This document shows, one piece after another, positions 7,883 through 17,603 of a stretch of 64,000 nt of DNA (the first letter of the stretch is position 1; every line of letters starts with the position of its first letter). A model generated the notes under the pieces. That model did not search any database. It saw nothing but the letters and a program-made list of their open reading frames with translations, and was not told the DNA's origin. The DNA comes from a virus. The DNA lies in IMG/VR virus record IMGVR_UViG_3300013131_000041, positions 5,680-69,679 of that record; one strand, 5' to 3'. The position numbers and the translations under genes are program-made.

Positions 7883-8074
7883 TTATTTTGCTGCCTTGGC
7901 CGCGTTTTTCTTCTCTTGGATTTCAGCACGACGAGCTTTGGTTAGCTTGCCTAGGTCACCCAATGCGCCACGAGCACGTGTACCTGCTGCGCCTACACCT
8001 TTACCTTCAAATTTTTCATTTTCTGCGATATATGCTTCGTATGCTGCTACGATTTGTTCATGTGTTGTTGCCAT
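7883..8074 (-). CDS. Histone H1-like (Hc1 family) small DNA-binding protein
   Basis: ENEKFEGKGVGAAGTRARGALGDLGKLTKARRAEIQ matches the Hc1-like KF..KG..AAG.RAR..L pattern. Strong AAGGAG RBS. Confidence 0.7.
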   Translation of the reverse strand: MATTHEQIVAAYEAYIAENEKFEGKGVGAAGTRARGALGDLGKLTKARRAEIQEKKNAAKAAK

Positions 8075-8085
8075 TTTACTTCTCC

Positions 8086-8256
8086 TTATTTGGTTAACAT
8101 CGCTAGTTTCCTAGCAATTTCGTTTTGAATCTTTGCTTTGTTCTTCTTAGCTGAAGTTTTTTCTAACAAAGTTTCTAATTGTTTAACATTCAATGGCCCT
8201 AGTCTAGGTTTACCTGTTCTAGTCTGCATTGGATTAGCGTGCTTTTTAACTGCCAT
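8086..8256 (-). CDS. Small basic hypothetical protein (56 aa)
   Basis: Below the track cut-off. Reads MAVKKHANPMQTRTGKPRLGPLNVKQLETLLEKTSAKKNKAKIQNEIARKLAMLTK*. AAAGGA RBS; fills the gap between its neighbours. Confidence 0.7.
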   Translation of the reverse strand: MAVKKHANPMQTRTGKPRLGPLNVKQLETLLEKTSAKKNKAKIQNEIARKLAMLTK

Positions 8257-8266
8257 TATAGTTCCT

Positions 8267-9280
8267 TTACCATTCTGTAGCGTACTGCTGATTTACCACT
8301 GATATACTACATTTAGTCTTACATTCTGTCCAGGTAAAATTTTCAAAATCACCTGACCAAAATTCGTCATTTAACACTGTTTCTAGTGTTTTTTCGTTCA
8401 AATTGAACTGTTTTGATCTATCTAGCCATTCGTTGTTATGATTATATCTGTTAGCTACCCAACAACAAGGCATTAATCTTCCTTGACTGTTTATAAACAA
8501 TCCTTTATTACCCAAACTGCACAACGGCAACACATCTTCATAAATCCTAGCGTTGGTATATAACTTCTTATTAGTTTCTAACCCTATTTCACTAGGTCTA
8601 CGATCTGTAAAATATGTATACTCACGTTGGAATCTATAATTACTGCTAATAAGTTCGTCTTTAGGTTGTAACAGATCACCTTCTGGATAGATACTATATA
8701 CTTTATTAAATTTTGTGCTCAATGTCAACTGAAATTGATCAAACCTTAATTGTTTTGCTAATGCCTTCATTTTATCTAAGTGATCTTCGTTAAACTTAAA
8801 TGCAATAGCGTCCCATGTCATGTAGGCCTTGCTGACAAATCTAAACGACTCGATACCTCTAATAATACTAGCCCAATCGCTGTTTACACGATACTGTTCA
8901 TTGCTTGCTTGATCCCACCCATCTAAACTAAAGTGTATATGATCGTTGGCATCTAAACTAACTCCTAGTTGTTGCCACCATTCGGTGTTTTTGTAGCTAC
9001 CATTGGTTACAATAACAAATTTAACTGGTTTGATACTTTTAAAATAACGTATAACAGGGATTAAAGACTTGGCATAAATTGGATCACCGTCATCACCGCA
9101 CAATGTGATCTTTTCTACATTGGCTCGAATAAAGTCTGGTGTAAAGTTGCGTTTGAAGAAGTCTAAGTCTAGTTCTGTATTAACTAAGGTATCAGGAACT
9201 TCTGTGCGAGCACAGCGTGGGCATTTTAATGTACACTTGCTGGATATTTCGATATGCCAATGCCAAGTTGCTAATTTCAA
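8267..9280 (-). CDS. Radical SAM protein with C-terminal SPASM/twitch-like domain
   Basis: CTLKCPRC (CxxxCxxC), CGDDGDP, VTNG, and C-terminal C...PCCW...CKTKC. TTG start overlaps the stop of gp46. Confidence 0.85.
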   Translation of the reverse strand: MKLATWHWHIEISSKCTLKCPRCARTEVPDTLVNTELDLDFFKRNFTPDFIRANVEKITLCGDDGDPIYAKSLIPVIRYFKSIKPVKFVIVTNGSYKNTEWWQQLGVSLDANDHIHFSLDGWDQASNEQYRVNSDWASIIRGIESFRFVSKAYMTWDAIAFKFNEDHLDKMKALAKQLRFDQFQLTLSTKFNKVYSIYPEGDLLQPKDELISSNYRFQREYTYFTDRRPSEIGLETNKKLYTNARIYEDVLPLCSLGNKGLFINSQGRLMPCCWVANRYNHNNEWLDRSKQFNLNEKTLETVLNDEFWSGDFENFTWTECKTKCSISVVNQQYATEW

Positions 9281-11049
9281 GATACTTCTACATCCGTGTT
9301 GTAAGTTGTAAACCCGTTTTCTTTAACCACAGTAAGGATATTATTCACTCGGCCTGCTAGTTCATCTTTATGTGAAACTAGCCATACACTCTTGTTACTA
9401 TCACGTGTCATTTTCTTAAGAATGGCCAAACTATTTTCTACACCGCTACTATCCATGCCACTATCAACTAACTCATCGATGAATAACAAGTTAATAGGCT
9501 GATACAATGATTCCCACACATCACGGAACGCCCATGACAAACTTAAAATTAATCGATTGCGTTCACCACGGCTTAAGTTATCAAAGTCCAACTCTCTGCC
9601 TAGCTCTTGAATTTCTACACTTAAGTCATTTAAGAACTTAACTTGATGCGGTAAGCCAATCTTATCTAGATAATAACTTAGTCGAGCATTCAAGTAACTT
9701 AAGTTTTGATCAATGATACGTTTACGAATGTAACTGTCTTTATTGGTGAGCAATTTGTATAAGAACTCTTGGTGATCGCGAACACGCACCAACTCATTCA
9801 TGTTTGTGTAGTCAATATCAGCCAGAGCAGTTTGCTTCATTTCCTCAATCTGTTCAGTGTACGGGTCTGTTTCGATACGTTTGGATTCTAACTGACTCTG
9901 TAAACTAGCCACAGTTGAACGATGATGAATAGCATCTTCTTCTTTATCGTAAAACACCTTAGGCTGTGCGCCTAACTCGCCTAGTTCCGTAAGCGCATCA
10001 TTGTTTTGTACTAATTGTGTTTGTGTGCTTAGGTATTGTAGTGCGGCTTCTTTAAGTGCAGCTTCTTTGGCTGTAAATACTTCTTCGTGTTTAGCGTCGT
10101 GCATTGTTTGACCGCAGGCATAACACTTGTGCTCTTTTAAATCCGCAATTTCTGTTTCTAACTTAGTAATTAACTTTTCTTCTTTGGCCATATCTTGTTC
10201 ACAACGTAGAACATATTTCTTTACGTCATCTATATCTTTGCGTTTTTGATTGTAGGCGGTAAGAGCTTTGTGTGCGGCAATTTCACTATCGATGTCAATA
10301 TGAGATAACTGTTCAATCGCCGTTTCTAATTTAACAACATCTTCGGCGTGTTTATTCTGCCACAATCCTTGTCTACGTTCCAGACTAACAATCTGTTCTT
10401 TGATACGTTCGTTGGCTTCCTGGATAGCTTTAATTTTGTATTCTTCTGCTTGGATAGCATCTTTACTAGCTTTTTGCTGTTCTTTTAATGCTTCTGCTTT
10501 CTCACTCAAAAGTGTAATACCAAGCAACTGTTCAATGATAGCTCGTTGATCGCCTGATTTTAAACTTAGGAATGGTTCTGTGTAGGTATTAAGTGCTACA
10601 ATGTGCTTGAACATATCGTGCGTCATTCCCAACAAGCGTTCAATTTCGGCTTGTGTTTCACGACTATCACCTTGACTGTTATCGTCTTTAGCTTCTTGCT
10701 CTTGGTCGCCAATGTAAAACTTCATCACATTTGACTTGCGACCACGTTCAATCTTATAGTCAACACCATTAACTTCAAACTCGATGGTAACTAACATGTT
10801 CTTACCATTGGTCTTGTTGATTAAGTTGTCTTTGCGAATGTTGGTTAGAGCATTACCGTATAAGGCATAGCTTAAGGCATTAATGATAGTAGTTTTACCT
10901 GTACCATTACGTGCACCTGAATCATCACCGCCTAGGTCAATGTTCTCACCTAAGACAAGTGTTAAGTCTTTGCGGTCAAAGTTAACTGCCTGGGTAGCAT
11001 TACCCACGCTCATAAAGTTTTTAACTGTTAAATGTTTTATTCTAAACAA
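9277..11049 (-). CDS. gp46: Recombination nuclease ATPase subunit (gp46 / SbcC / Rad50-like)
   Basis: KNFMSVG, Walker A GARNGTGKT, coiled coil with CYAC zinc hook, signature LSRGE, Walker B LLFIDE, and VSH. Confidence 0.93.
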   Translation of the reverse strand: MFRIKHLTVKNFMSVGNATQAVNFDRKDLTLVLGENIDLGGDDSGARNGTGKTTIINALSYALYGNALTNIRKDNLINKTNGKNMLVTIEFEVNGVDYKIERGRKSNVMKFYIGDQEQEAKDDNSQGDSRETQAEIERLLGMTHDMFKHIVALNTYTEPFLSLKSGDQRAIIEQLLGITLLSEKAEALKEQQKASKDAIQAEEYKIKAIQEANERIKEQIVSLERRQGLWQNKHAEDVVKLETAIEQLSHIDIDSEIAAHKALTAYNQKRKDIDDVKKYVLRCEQDMAKEEKLITKLETEIADLKEHKCYACGQTMHDAKHEEVFTAKEAALKEAALQYLSTQTQLVQNNDALTELGELGAQPKVFYDKEEDAIHHRSTVASLQSQLESKRIETDPYTEQIEEMKQTALADIDYTNMNELVRVRDHQEFLYKLLTNKDSYIRKRIIDQNLSYLNARLSYYLDKIGLPHQVKFLNDLSVEIQELGRELDFDNLSRGERNRLILSLSWAFRDVWESLYQPINLLFIDELVDSGMDSSGVENSLAILKKMTRDSNKSVWLVSHKDELAGRVNNILTVVKENGFTTYNTDVEVS

Positions 11050-12066
11050 TTATAAGTGCCTATAGATGTCAAGTAAAAGATTAGGATCGTAGTGATCGCT
11101 GTTGATATTTGTTAGATTGTTTGTAACAATGGTGTCAATACTTTCAAACTGTACATTGCCTAGGGCAATATCCTGACCTAGGTCAATTTGTTTATTAGGG
11201 ATCAATGTAAGCTCGCGTAAGGTATATTGTCTCACAAATGTTTCTTTAATAAACGTAGATTCTTCGTAGGTAATATCGATGTCAATATTAACACGAGTGT
11301 GCATATCTTTTAATAATAGCTGATCTGGAACACGAAGTACATCACTTAGGTTATATATACGGTAGCGTGGTTGATCAGGCCAGGCATAAAACTCTGGACT
11401 CTCTCCCCAAGTAAGTACCATCATGCCACGTTCGTCGTCTGCTGCATCTGCGAAGTTGTGCGGGAAACAGTTACCAATATAGGTAATGTTCTTAGCAGTT
11501 TGTCGTTTATGGAAGTGTCCACTAAACACATGATCAATGTGACCAAAGTTTTCGCTACGCAATTCGCCGTGTTCAGGCATCTGTACCATGGCATTCATAT
11601 AAAAATGCGGCAGTTCAAAGTGCCCAAACATGTACTTGGCGTTTAACTTGCTAATTCGTTTATGATCATCTCCCACCAACCAAGGTGCGATAACAACGTC
11701 ACTATCGATAAACCAATCGTTAACAATTCTAACATTGGGTAAATGTCGTGCCCATTCAACGCTTTGAATATCTCGTTTATCTCGATAATAAAGATCGTGA
11801 TTACCAGGGATAAAATAAACGACATCAAAAGCTTCATTTAATAATTCCAGTGCTCGCAAGCTGTAGTTGAGTGTAACGATATTAATTGCCGCACGGTTAT
11901 TATGCCAATCGCCTAAGAAGAAACAGGTCTCACAACCTTCTTCCTTGGCTTTGACAATAAACCAACGGATAAAGTTTAAACAGTCGTCGTTATGTAGTTG
12001 GCTGTTAGACTTTAATCCAAAATGGATGTCGGTGCAGACTGCCGCTTTTTTAAATAAATTAGCCAT
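11050..12066 (-). CDS. gp47: Recombination nuclease subunit (gp47 / SbcD / Mre11-like)
   Basis: Metallophosphoesterase motifs TDIHFG, LGDW, GNHD, GH and GHFH. Adjacent to gp46. Confidence 0.93.
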   Translation of the reverse strand: MANLFKKAAVCTDIHFGLKSNSQLHNDDCLNFIRWFIVKAKEEGCETCFFLGDWHNNRAAINIVTLNYSLRALELLNEAFDVVYFIPGNHDLYYRDKRDIQSVEWARHLPNVRIVNDWFIDSDVVIAPWLVGDDHKRISKLNAKYMFGHFELPHFYMNAMVQMPEHGELRSENFGHIDHVFSGHFHKRQTAKNITYIGNCFPHNFADAADDERGMMVLTWGESPEFYAWPDQPRYRIYNLSDVLRVPDQLLLKDMHTRVNIDIDITYEESTFIKETFVRQYTLRELTLIPNKQIDLGQDIALGNVQFESIDTIVTNNLTNINSDHYDPNLLLDIYRHL

Positions 12067-12080
12067 AGTTATAGTGTATA

Positions 12081-12103
12081 TGAAACTAGACCCGAAGGTC
12101 TAG
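12081..12103 (-). terminator. C(UUCG)G hairpin; weak terminator or mRNA-stabilising stem
   Basis: Minus strand reads CTAGACC-TTCG-GGTCTAG followed by TTTCA, between gp55 and gp47. Confidence 0.5.
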
Positions 12104-12121
12104 CCTAATGTTGCCAAAAAA

Positions 12122-13006
12122 TTATTCGTCAGGACCCCAACCACCGCCGTTGCCCCACTCGCCTTGTCGTGTGTAACTTGGGTTATAGTTGTTCATTTCT
12201 AAAATATCGTCACGAATATTCTGATTACGTTTTTCAATGTTTAATACACGTGTAAAACTGTTGGTAATTGCTGCTGTGTAATAAGCGAAAGGATTTTGTG
12301 ATTTGCTTTCGTCAAACTGTAGACCAATTTGACTTAACTGTAGTAATGCTTGGCTACGCATTTCATCGTTGTAGGTATAACCACGCCAGTTACTACGAGT
12401 TGCGTACCTTTCGCATAACTTAATAAACATGTGGGCTAACTTATTGGTCATCGTGCCATGATCTTTACTAAACTTGCCTTTTTCTATGCCGCCCTTCCAG
12501 TGACTCATGCCTACTAGGTAAGGAGTATTGGTCTCGTCTACTTTGTAATGCTTAAACGGAGGGAAGTTACATTTAGTGTATTTTGCAGGTGCTTTAATCT
12601 GCATGTCAGGGTCGTCATACTCTGTTTCAAAGTCTTCGTCTTCTTCTAACTCTTCACGGAGTTTAGCATCTGCTTTCTTTTGTTTAGCTTCGTCGATTGG
12701 AATATGTTCCCATGTCATGACACGGAAAACAACGTCTGTACTTGGGGTATCTTTCAGTGGGCCAGTGTATTCGTCTAATTTCTTTTTAATGCCATTAAGG
12801 AGGTCTTGTTCTTGGAGTTCTTTGCCTAAACGCTCTATGCGAGCTTTACGTGCTTCTTCAATGTGTTTTTTAGTGATTTTATCTACGCCGGTTACGATCA
12901 TGTCATAATCTTTGTCCGATGGTGTTGTAAAACTACAAAATGTTGCTTTACTTTTATGGATTTCTTTTAAGATATCCTTATTGTTTAGGTAGTTGACCTT
13001 TCTCAT
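12122..13006 (-). CDS. gp55: Late transcription sigma factor, T4 gp55-like
   Basis: NYLNNKD at the N-terminus and RSNWRGYTYNDEM...FDESKSQNPFAYYT..ITNSF.R...EKR match gp55. T4-like synteny 55-47-46 is preserved, and TAAATA motifs precede structural genes. Confidence 0.85.
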   Translation of the reverse strand: MRKVNYLNNKDILKEIHKSKATFCSFTTPSDKDYDMIVTGVDKITKKHIEEARKARIERLGKELQEQDLLNGIKKKLDEYTGPLKDTPSTDVVFRVMTWEHIPIDEAKQKKADAKLREELEEDEDFETEYDDPDMQIKAPAKYTKCNFPPFKHYKVDETNTPYLVGMSHWKGGIEKGKFSKDHGTMTNKLAHMFIKLCERYATRSNWRGYTYNDEMRSQALLQLSQIGLQFDESKSQNPFAYYTAAITNSFTRVLNIEKRNQNIRDDILEMNNYNPSYTRQGEWGNGGGWGPDE

Positions 13007-13047
13007 AATTAATGAAATTCCTTTTATATACTACTATAATACATTCA

Positions 13048-13054
13048 ATAAATA
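13048..13054 (+). promoter_or_regulatory. Late promoter (ATAAATA) of the baseplate operon
   Basis: In the divergent gap between gp55 and 13079, followed by a GAGG RBS. Confidence 0.65.
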
Positions 13055-13078
13055 CAGTAAAGCAAGAGGTTTTTTACT

Positions 13079-14086
13079 ATGGCACTAAATTTGGGCGGAT
13101 TACTACAACAATCGGGCGGCGGACTTCCTACAAAAGCCCTAGGAGCCGGCGCAAATACTGTATTTGATCTTTTGGATCCTAAGAATGCCCGTAATGCTAT
13201 TTCTGGGCTAATGCCTGGCGGTATGAGTAGTGCTACTAAAGCGGCTCCGAACATAGGTTTCCAAAATATAAGTGGCGAAGGTGGTGCTAGTGCTGCCAAC
13301 GAAGATGATTGGCGTATTCGGGTTAGTTTAAATCCAGGAGCAAAGGTATTCTATCAAGATCCTATGCTACTACCTAACTCTTTATTACATCCGCTAGTTG
13401 CAACTAACGGTGTTGTATTCCCGTTTACACCAACTGTATCAATGACACATTCTGCACAGTATAGCACACAAACACTTACACATAGTAATTATCCCGCACA
13501 GTTTTACAACTATTCAGAAGTGAGTGATATCACAGTATCGGGCGACTTTACAGTCCAAAATGCCAGCGACGGTCAGTATCTAATGGCTGTGATTTATTTT
13601 TTCCGCAGTGCAACTAAAATGTTCTTTGGCCAAGGAGATCATGTGGGTATGCCTCCTCCGGTTGTGTATTTAGACGGGTACGGCAGTCACTACTTACCGC
13701 ACGTTCCGTGTGTATTAACTTCATTTGCTCACACAATGTCTAACGATGTTGACTACATTCAAGTGCCTGTAACACGAAGTGAATTAGATAGTAGTCCAGC
13801 AGAGCCTAACCGCGCAGTTCAATTAACCGAAGAAGAACAAAAATATGTTCCTAGTTTATTGCGGTCAGAAACACAAGCAACTACAGCGAGTACGCAAGCA
13901 ACTATGAAAAATAGTCGCACAAAAGATATTACAACAACTACTCGCTTGCCAACATTCAGTACAGTGAATATTACATTACGTCCGATCTACAGTCGTAAAA
14001 GTTTACACGATAAATTTGATCTTAATAAGTTTGCGCAAGGATACTTACTATCAAATAAAGATACCGGCGCAGGAGGATTTTTATAA
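13079..14086 (+). CDS. Baseplate / tail tube initiator-type protein (gp48/gp54-like)
   Basis: VFPFTPTVS, ITVSGDFT, FFRSATK, PPPVVYL.GYG and PCVLTSF are typical of tube-fold proteins that precede the gp53/LysM gene in contractile tails. Confidence 0.6.
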   Translation: MALNLGGLLQQSGGGLPTKALGAGANTVFDLLDPKNARNAISGLMPGGMSSATKAAPNIGFQNISGEGGASAANEDDWRIRVSLNPGAKVFYQDPMLLPNSLLHPLVATNGVVFPFTPTVSMTHSAQYSTQTLTHSNYPAQFYNYSEVSDITVSGDFTVQNASDGQYLMAVIYFFRSATKMFFGQGDHVGMPPPVVYLDGYGSHYLPHVPCVLTSFAHTMSNDVDYIQVPVTRSELDSSPAEPNRAVQLTEEEQKYVPSLLRSETQATTASTQATMKNSRTKDITTTTRLPTFSTVNITLRPIYSRKSLHDKFDLNKFAQGYLLSNKDTGAGGFL

Positions 14087-14388
14087 TGGCCGTAAACTAC
14101 GCTAAAACTAGCCCATATACCAAGACTAACTTTTATGGTTTCTTTCTTGATGTAGCAACCTTGCCCGACATACCAATCGTAGCATCTGATGTTGCTTACG
14201 AAATAGACACAATCTATAAAAATCGTCCAGATCTTTTAGCCTACGACTTATACGGTGACCAAGGACTATGGTGGGTGTTTGCTATACGTAACCCTAATGT
14301 TATTCAAGACCCTGTGTTTGATTTTGAGCCAGGGGTAACTATCTATATTCCGCAGAAACAAAATCTAATAGCAGCGTTAGGAATCTAA
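14086..14388 (+). CDS. gp53: Baseplate wedge protein, gp53-like (LysM-like)
   Basis: RPDLLAYDLYGDQGLWWVFAIRN...IYIP motif. Confidence 0.8.
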   Translation: MAVNYAKTSPYTKTNFYGFFLDVATLPDIPIVASDVAYEIDTIYKNRPDLLAYDLYGDQGLWWVFAIRNPNVIQDPVFDFEPGVTIYIPQKQNLIAALGI

Positions 14389-14393
14389 CTTAG

Positions 14394-17300
14394 ATGGCCA
14401 CATCATCAATTACAAAGAATGCTCAATATGCTGTTAACTTCTTTAAATCTAAAGGATGGACTGATGCACAAGCCGCAGGCATTGTGGGCAATTTGCAAGC
14501 AGAATCTAGTGTTGACCTTAACCCCCAAGCATACAATGGCGCAGGTGGCGGTCAAGGAGCTGCTGGCATTGCGCAATGGCGCGGCGATCGCCAGGCCACA
14601 TTTGAAAAAAAATACGGAATCCCTGTCAGAAATGCTACGTTAGATCAACAATTAGATTATGTCAATTGGGAATTAAACAATACCGAAAAAGCTGCTGGAG
14701 CCAGACTTAAAGCCGAAAACACCGCGGCGGGTTCTGCAACAGTAATGGACACCTATTATGAAAGATCTGGTGGATCACAGCTACAAAAGCGTATACAATT
14801 TGCACAAACCCTATCGGGTGGGGTTCCTGAAGGAGTAGTTGGATCAGCTCCTCCTGAGGAAAGACCTAAAGAAGATGTTAAAGCATCTCAAATATATCTG
14901 GCTAACGTGCCACCAATTCCTAATAGGTTGCATGAATATTCTACCTACATTTATTCACTTAGTCTACACATCATGACCAATGAGGAATTTAACGATGTTG
15001 TGTTAACACAAAAATATACTCCTAAAAATGTACTAATTGCCAGTGCCGGTCGCCACAGTGATAGTTTCCCAAGAAATAAACATTTTAACGAAGATTTTTA
15101 TTTTAACGATTTTAACTTATCAACTATTATCTCACCGAATGATGAGAGTAGAAATACTAATGCAGTTGATTTAAAATTTACCTTAATCGAGCCCTACGGG
15201 TTTACTTTGGTCGAACGAATATTAGCAGTGACAGAAGAATTGGGGGGCAAAAATTATCTTGAAATGCCTTACTTGGTACAGATAGATTTCTTTGCAGTTG
15301 ACGACGCTGGAAACCTATTGGGATCAATTCAAGAATTGCAAAAACGATTCCCAGTGAAATTTACCAACATGGGGATCAAGGTAACAGAAAAAGGTGCCGA
15401 ATATGCTATCAGCGCAAGGCCATGGGGACATGCCGCATTTGAGACATCAACAGTTACAGTGCCGGCCAACATGGAAGTTGTAGCTAGAACTGTGGGAGAT
15501 TTCTTCCAAAGTGTCGAGGGCACCGCAGATGACACTTATGCTCAGGCATTAGTTTCTAAGGCAGACTTACAGCAAAGGCAACGTACTGATACACAAACAG
15601 CGCAAACATTAAATGCGCCTAGTATGCTGTTTAATTCTTTAAACCAAGGGGCTGCTAAATCATCGATAAACGTTGATTCATTTGGCACTGCAATTAACGC
15701 ATATTACCAGGGTCTTAAAGAAGCCAATAAAATATCAATAGCAGATGTGTATCGATTTGAATTTTTACCCGACCCGGACACGGGAGAGAATGTAATCGGG
15801 TCTGCTACATTTGTAGAGGAAAACAGAAACACGCCAAAAAGCACGCCCATGAAGAAGAATGAAAATAACAAAGATACTGTTAGTATGAAGTTATCTGACG
15901 TAGGCAGCAACCAAAACATCTACGATATTACACGCGGTATTTTTAGTATAAACTACGGGACTACCATTGAAAAACTTCTAGAATATGTTATTCGTAACAG
16001 TAGTTACATTCATGACCAACTAGTTATACCCGACGGCGTTAGTCAAGAAGAATATCAGTCAAGAAAAGAAGAAATGAAAAATAAACCAATGAAATGGTTT
16101 AGAATTATACCTAAAGTTCGATTGCTTGGTTATGATGACAAACGAGGCATTTGGGCTAAAGAAGTAACTTATACAGTTAAGCCTTATAAATTATACAATG
16201 TTAAAAACGATCTTGCGCCACAAGGCATTGTAGTGACGCCTACTAAAAATTATAATTATTTCTTTACTGGAAAAAATGACGACGTTATCGACATAGATAT
16301 CAAGTTTGATGCACTGTATTATATTCAACAAACAGCAAATAGAAGTAGCATGAGTGTCACCGCTCCAACTGGTGATAGCTACACAGAAGAATATAGTGTA
16401 GACAACGCTAGTAATTACAACGGCCCTGGCAACGGCATAGATTTTAATGTGGTGATGCCGTTGGTTATGAAACCAGTTGTACAAAACTCTAAAGGTGCTG
16501 CTACAGGGAATCCAACAACAACTAAAGAAGTTGCTGCAGTTGACGTGGCTGAAAGTTTAATGTCTAGTAGCGAAGCAGATATGATTCGCGTTCGATTAAA
16601 AATATTAGGTGATCCTGATTTTATTAAACAAGACGATGTATTTTATCAAGGCGAAGCACAGTCTACAAATATTTCAACTACGGTTGATCCAAGACTATTA
16701 CCTGGTGGCGGCAGTTTAGTAATGGATGATGGTAGTGTCTATGTACAGGTATTGTTTAAAGTGCCTCGAGATATAGATGATGCAACCGGCTTTATGAAAT
16801 ACGATGCTGGGCAACGCAACAGCGTGTTTAGTGGACTATATCAGGTACTTAAAGTTGATAGTAACTTTAGCCAAGGCAAATTTATACAAGATCTAACATT
16901 AATTCGTATACCAAGACAAGTGGCATTTGACTACGTAGGTAGTAATACAGAAAAAGCAAATGCCAGAGTTGGGACAAATAATGTTCCGGGTACATTGGGC
17001 GTTTCTATAGACGCACCAACTGTTCCTACTATGCTAGTATCAGGAACATCAGCCCCTAATACAGCAGATGCAGCTGATTCAACTGTTGATCAAACCGCAG
17101 GGCAAGATCAAGATGCAGCTCAGACAAACAATGCTGAGTTACCACCACTAACAAACGAACAACAGGATCTTAAGGCAATCAAAGATACAGCGCCAACAGT
17201 TGATATAAGTGCGCAAAATCAACAACCACCAATACCAACCCCGCAAGCGCCAAGCGAAGGTAAACTTGCACTACAACAAGAATTAAAAACACTTCAAACA

Positions 17301-17594
17301 TCAACTGCCCCGTTGAATGCTGAATACCGTAGCGCACAATCAGAAATTAGTAGTTTACAATCTAGTATAGGGCAGAAACAGGCAATCATTGACCGAGCTC
17401 GATCAAAACTAGCAAGCGGAACAATGACGCCTGAATCGGCTAATGCGTTAATATCCGAACAACAGGCAAGTATAAGTTATCAACAGAATTTATTAAACAC
17501 TAAAGTAACAGCTGCAGCAGTAATAAGCACTAAAGTTCAAAATGCAACCGAGCAAGAGCAAGCATTACAGCAAAAAATTAATCAAGCAGTATAG
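14394..17594 (+). CDS. Baseplate hub protein with N-terminal phage tail lysozyme domain
   Basis: N-terminal ~140 aa carries AAGIVGNLQAES, GIAQW.GDR, QLDYV..EL and YER. The body has LKILGDP and GLYQVLKVDSNFSQGKFIQDL, as in gp27/gpD-like hubs. Gln-rich coiled-coil tail. Confidence 0.7.
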   Translation: MATSSITKNAQYAVNFFKSKGWTDAQAAGIVGNLQAESSVDLNPQAYNGAGGGQGAAGIAQWRGDRQATFEKKYGIPVRNATLDQQLDYVNWELNNTEKAAGARLKAENTAAGSATVMDTYYERSGGSQLQKRIQFAQTLSGGVPEGVVGSAPPEERPKEDVKASQIYLANVPPIPNRLHEYSTYIYSLSLHIMTNEEFNDVVLTQKYTPKNVLIASAGRHSDSFPRNKHFNEDFYFNDFNLSTIISPNDESRNTNAVDLKFTLIEPYGFTLVERILAVTEELGGKNYLEMPYLVQIDFFAVDDAGNLLGSIQELQKRFPVKFTNMGIKVTEKGAEYAISARPWGHAAFETSTVTVPANMEVVARTVGDFFQSVEGTADDTYAQALVSKADLQQRQRTDTQTAQTLNAPSMLFNSLNQGAAKSSINVDSFGTAINAYYQGLKEANKISIADVYRFEFLPDPDTGENVIGSATFVEENRNTPKSTPMKKNENNKDTVSMKLSDVGSNQNIYDITRGIFSINYGTTIEKLLEYVIRNSSYIHDQLVIPDGVSQEEYQSRKEEMKNKPMKWFRIIPKVRLLGYDDKRGIWAKEVTYTVKPYKLYNVKNDLAPQGIVVTPTKNYNYFFTGKNDDVIDIDIKFDALYYIQQTANRSSMSVTAPTGDSYTEEYSVDNASNYNGPGNGIDFNVVMPLVMKPVVQNSKGAATGNPTTTKEVAAVDVAESLMSSSEADMIRVRLKILGDPDFIKQDDVFYQGEAQSTNISTTVDPRLLPGGGSLVMDDGSVYVQVLFKVPRDIDDATGFMKYDAGQRNSVFSGLYQVLKVDSNFSQGKFIQDLTLIRIPRQVAFDYVGSNTEKANARVGTNNVPGTLGVSIDAPTVPTMLVSGTSAPNTADAADSTVDQTAGQDQDAAQTNNAELPPLTNEQQDLKAIKDTAPTVDISAQNQQPPIPTPQAPSEGKLALQQELKTLQTSTAPLNAEYRSAQSEISSLQSSIGQKQAIIDRARSKLASGTMTPESANALISEQQASISYQQNLLNTKVTAAAVISTKVQNATEQEQALQQKINQAV

Positions 17595-17603
17595 GAATAA
17601 CAC

